Source of the DNA: Octopus sinensis
Lineage: Eukaryota
NCBI RefSeq assembly: GCF_006345805.1
Contig: NW_021835170.1
Coordinates: 1 to 42,128, forward strand
Reading direction: 5' to 3'
Length of the DNA stretch: 42,128 bases
Part shown: positions 41,017 to 42,128 of the stretch, one piece after another
Layout of the letters: the number at the start of each line of letters is the position of its first letter
How positions within the stretch are numbered: the stretch's first letter is position 1
The notes under the pieces: model-generated
The model's input: only the letters and a program-made list of their open reading frames with translations
Told to the model about the DNA's origin: nothing
Databases searched by the model: none
Made by a program: the position numbers and the translations under genes

Positions 41017-41357
41017 TATTATATATTGTATACATATATATGCATATATATATACATGTATATATATGTGTATATATAACATGTATATATATGCATATAT
41101 ATATATATATGTTCATATGTATATATATATGTAGTCTATACCGATACTTATATTTACTTATTTTTATATTCTCTTATACATATTGTACTTACTGTATAAC
41201 ATTCTCTTTTATGTGCACTCCTTTATGTACACTATTTTGTTCTACTTTATTATGTTTGTCCTTAAGTTTTCTTATGTGGTGGTTTAATATAAAGTATGTG
41301 ATTGGGTATTATCTGGTATCGATACTTGATTAGATGTATTTCTCCATTTTCTTATTT

Positions 41358-41437
<80 letters not shown>

Positions 41438-41438
41438 G

Positions 41439-41475
<37 letters not shown>

Positions 41476-41954
41476 ACTATATATTATGTATATTATATAT
41501 GCGAAGCGTGTGTAGGTAAAATTTTGAAGGAAATGTGGTTTACTGAAGTTCAAAAGGATTTACCTATACACTTCTTGGCACATTCCCAGAAACGCCGTAA
41601 GATTTTCGCCTTTTGGATTCATTTGAGCACTTCCTTTTTGGATTATTCTGACTGTCGTCCCTCATTAGCTTGAGACTTTTGGATTTATCTATATGTATTT
41701 ATGCAATTATTGTCTGACTTTTTTGGGCACGGATCACACTATTATATGTGTATATATTTGCTTTTATATGTTATATGTTGGCAATTTATAATGGCTTATA
41801 CGCGTATATACCCTATATGATTAGATGTGTACGCTTTGATGAGTGTTATTGACCTTGAAATTTGTCTCTTTTATAATTAATACTTTAATCTAATTGTACA
41901 TCCCAAAATTGAGCCCTACGCTGTTGTTGGAGTTCACCCTTTAATTTTTCATTA

Positions 41955-41989
<35 letters not shown>

Positions 41990-41991
<2 letters not shown>

Positions 41992-42128
41992 ATAATATAG
42001 TTAATCCAACAAGAAGCACAAAAAACACAACAACGCGAGGACGTGGAACAAATATAGTATTATTGGGACGCTCAGGAAGAATGGGGTTTAACGTTTCGAG
42101 CGGAGTTCTTCGTCGGAAACATAGAGAA
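41990..42128 (-). mobile_element. PLE pseudo-LTR running off the window edge
   Basis: Contains a hammerhead motif at 42086-42120; similar to the 17570 repeat. Confidence 0.7.
42086..42120 (-). ncRNA. Minimal type-I hammerhead ribozyme motif (CCGA core variant)
   Basis: GTTT-CCGACGA-A-GAAC-TCC-GCTC-GAAA-CGTT-AAAC; palindromic AACGTT stem III. Confidence 0.65.

Overview
AT-rich, microsatellite-dense eukaryotic DNA. The SINE families and repeat landscape suggest an octopus or related cephalopod (inference). One credible host gene is present: an intronless, secreted multi-sushi (CCP) protein ORF at 20334-21821 (+). The rest is mostly mobile DNA: a decayed RTE LINE, four CR1-clade LINE copies from two families, a full-length decayed DD34D mariner plus a relic, tRNA-derived SINEs, Helitron-like non-autonomous elements, a TTAA-flanked MITE, and many Penelope-like element (PLE) fragments including a Naiad-type GIY-YIG copy. 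Three things stand out. (1) Minimal type-I hammerhead ribozyme motifs with atypical cores occur in PLE repeats, including one with the C3:G8 tertiary pair swapped to G3:C8 inside a ~780-bp fold-back palindrome. (2) Six long fold-back or inverted duplications lie in ~24 kb. (3) Both flanks of the sushi gene have a diverged second copy, but the CDS is missing from that copy. No rRNA, standalone tRNA gene or CRISPR array was seen. Most ORF-track entries are microsatellite or antisense artefacts. Identity values are by-eye estimates.
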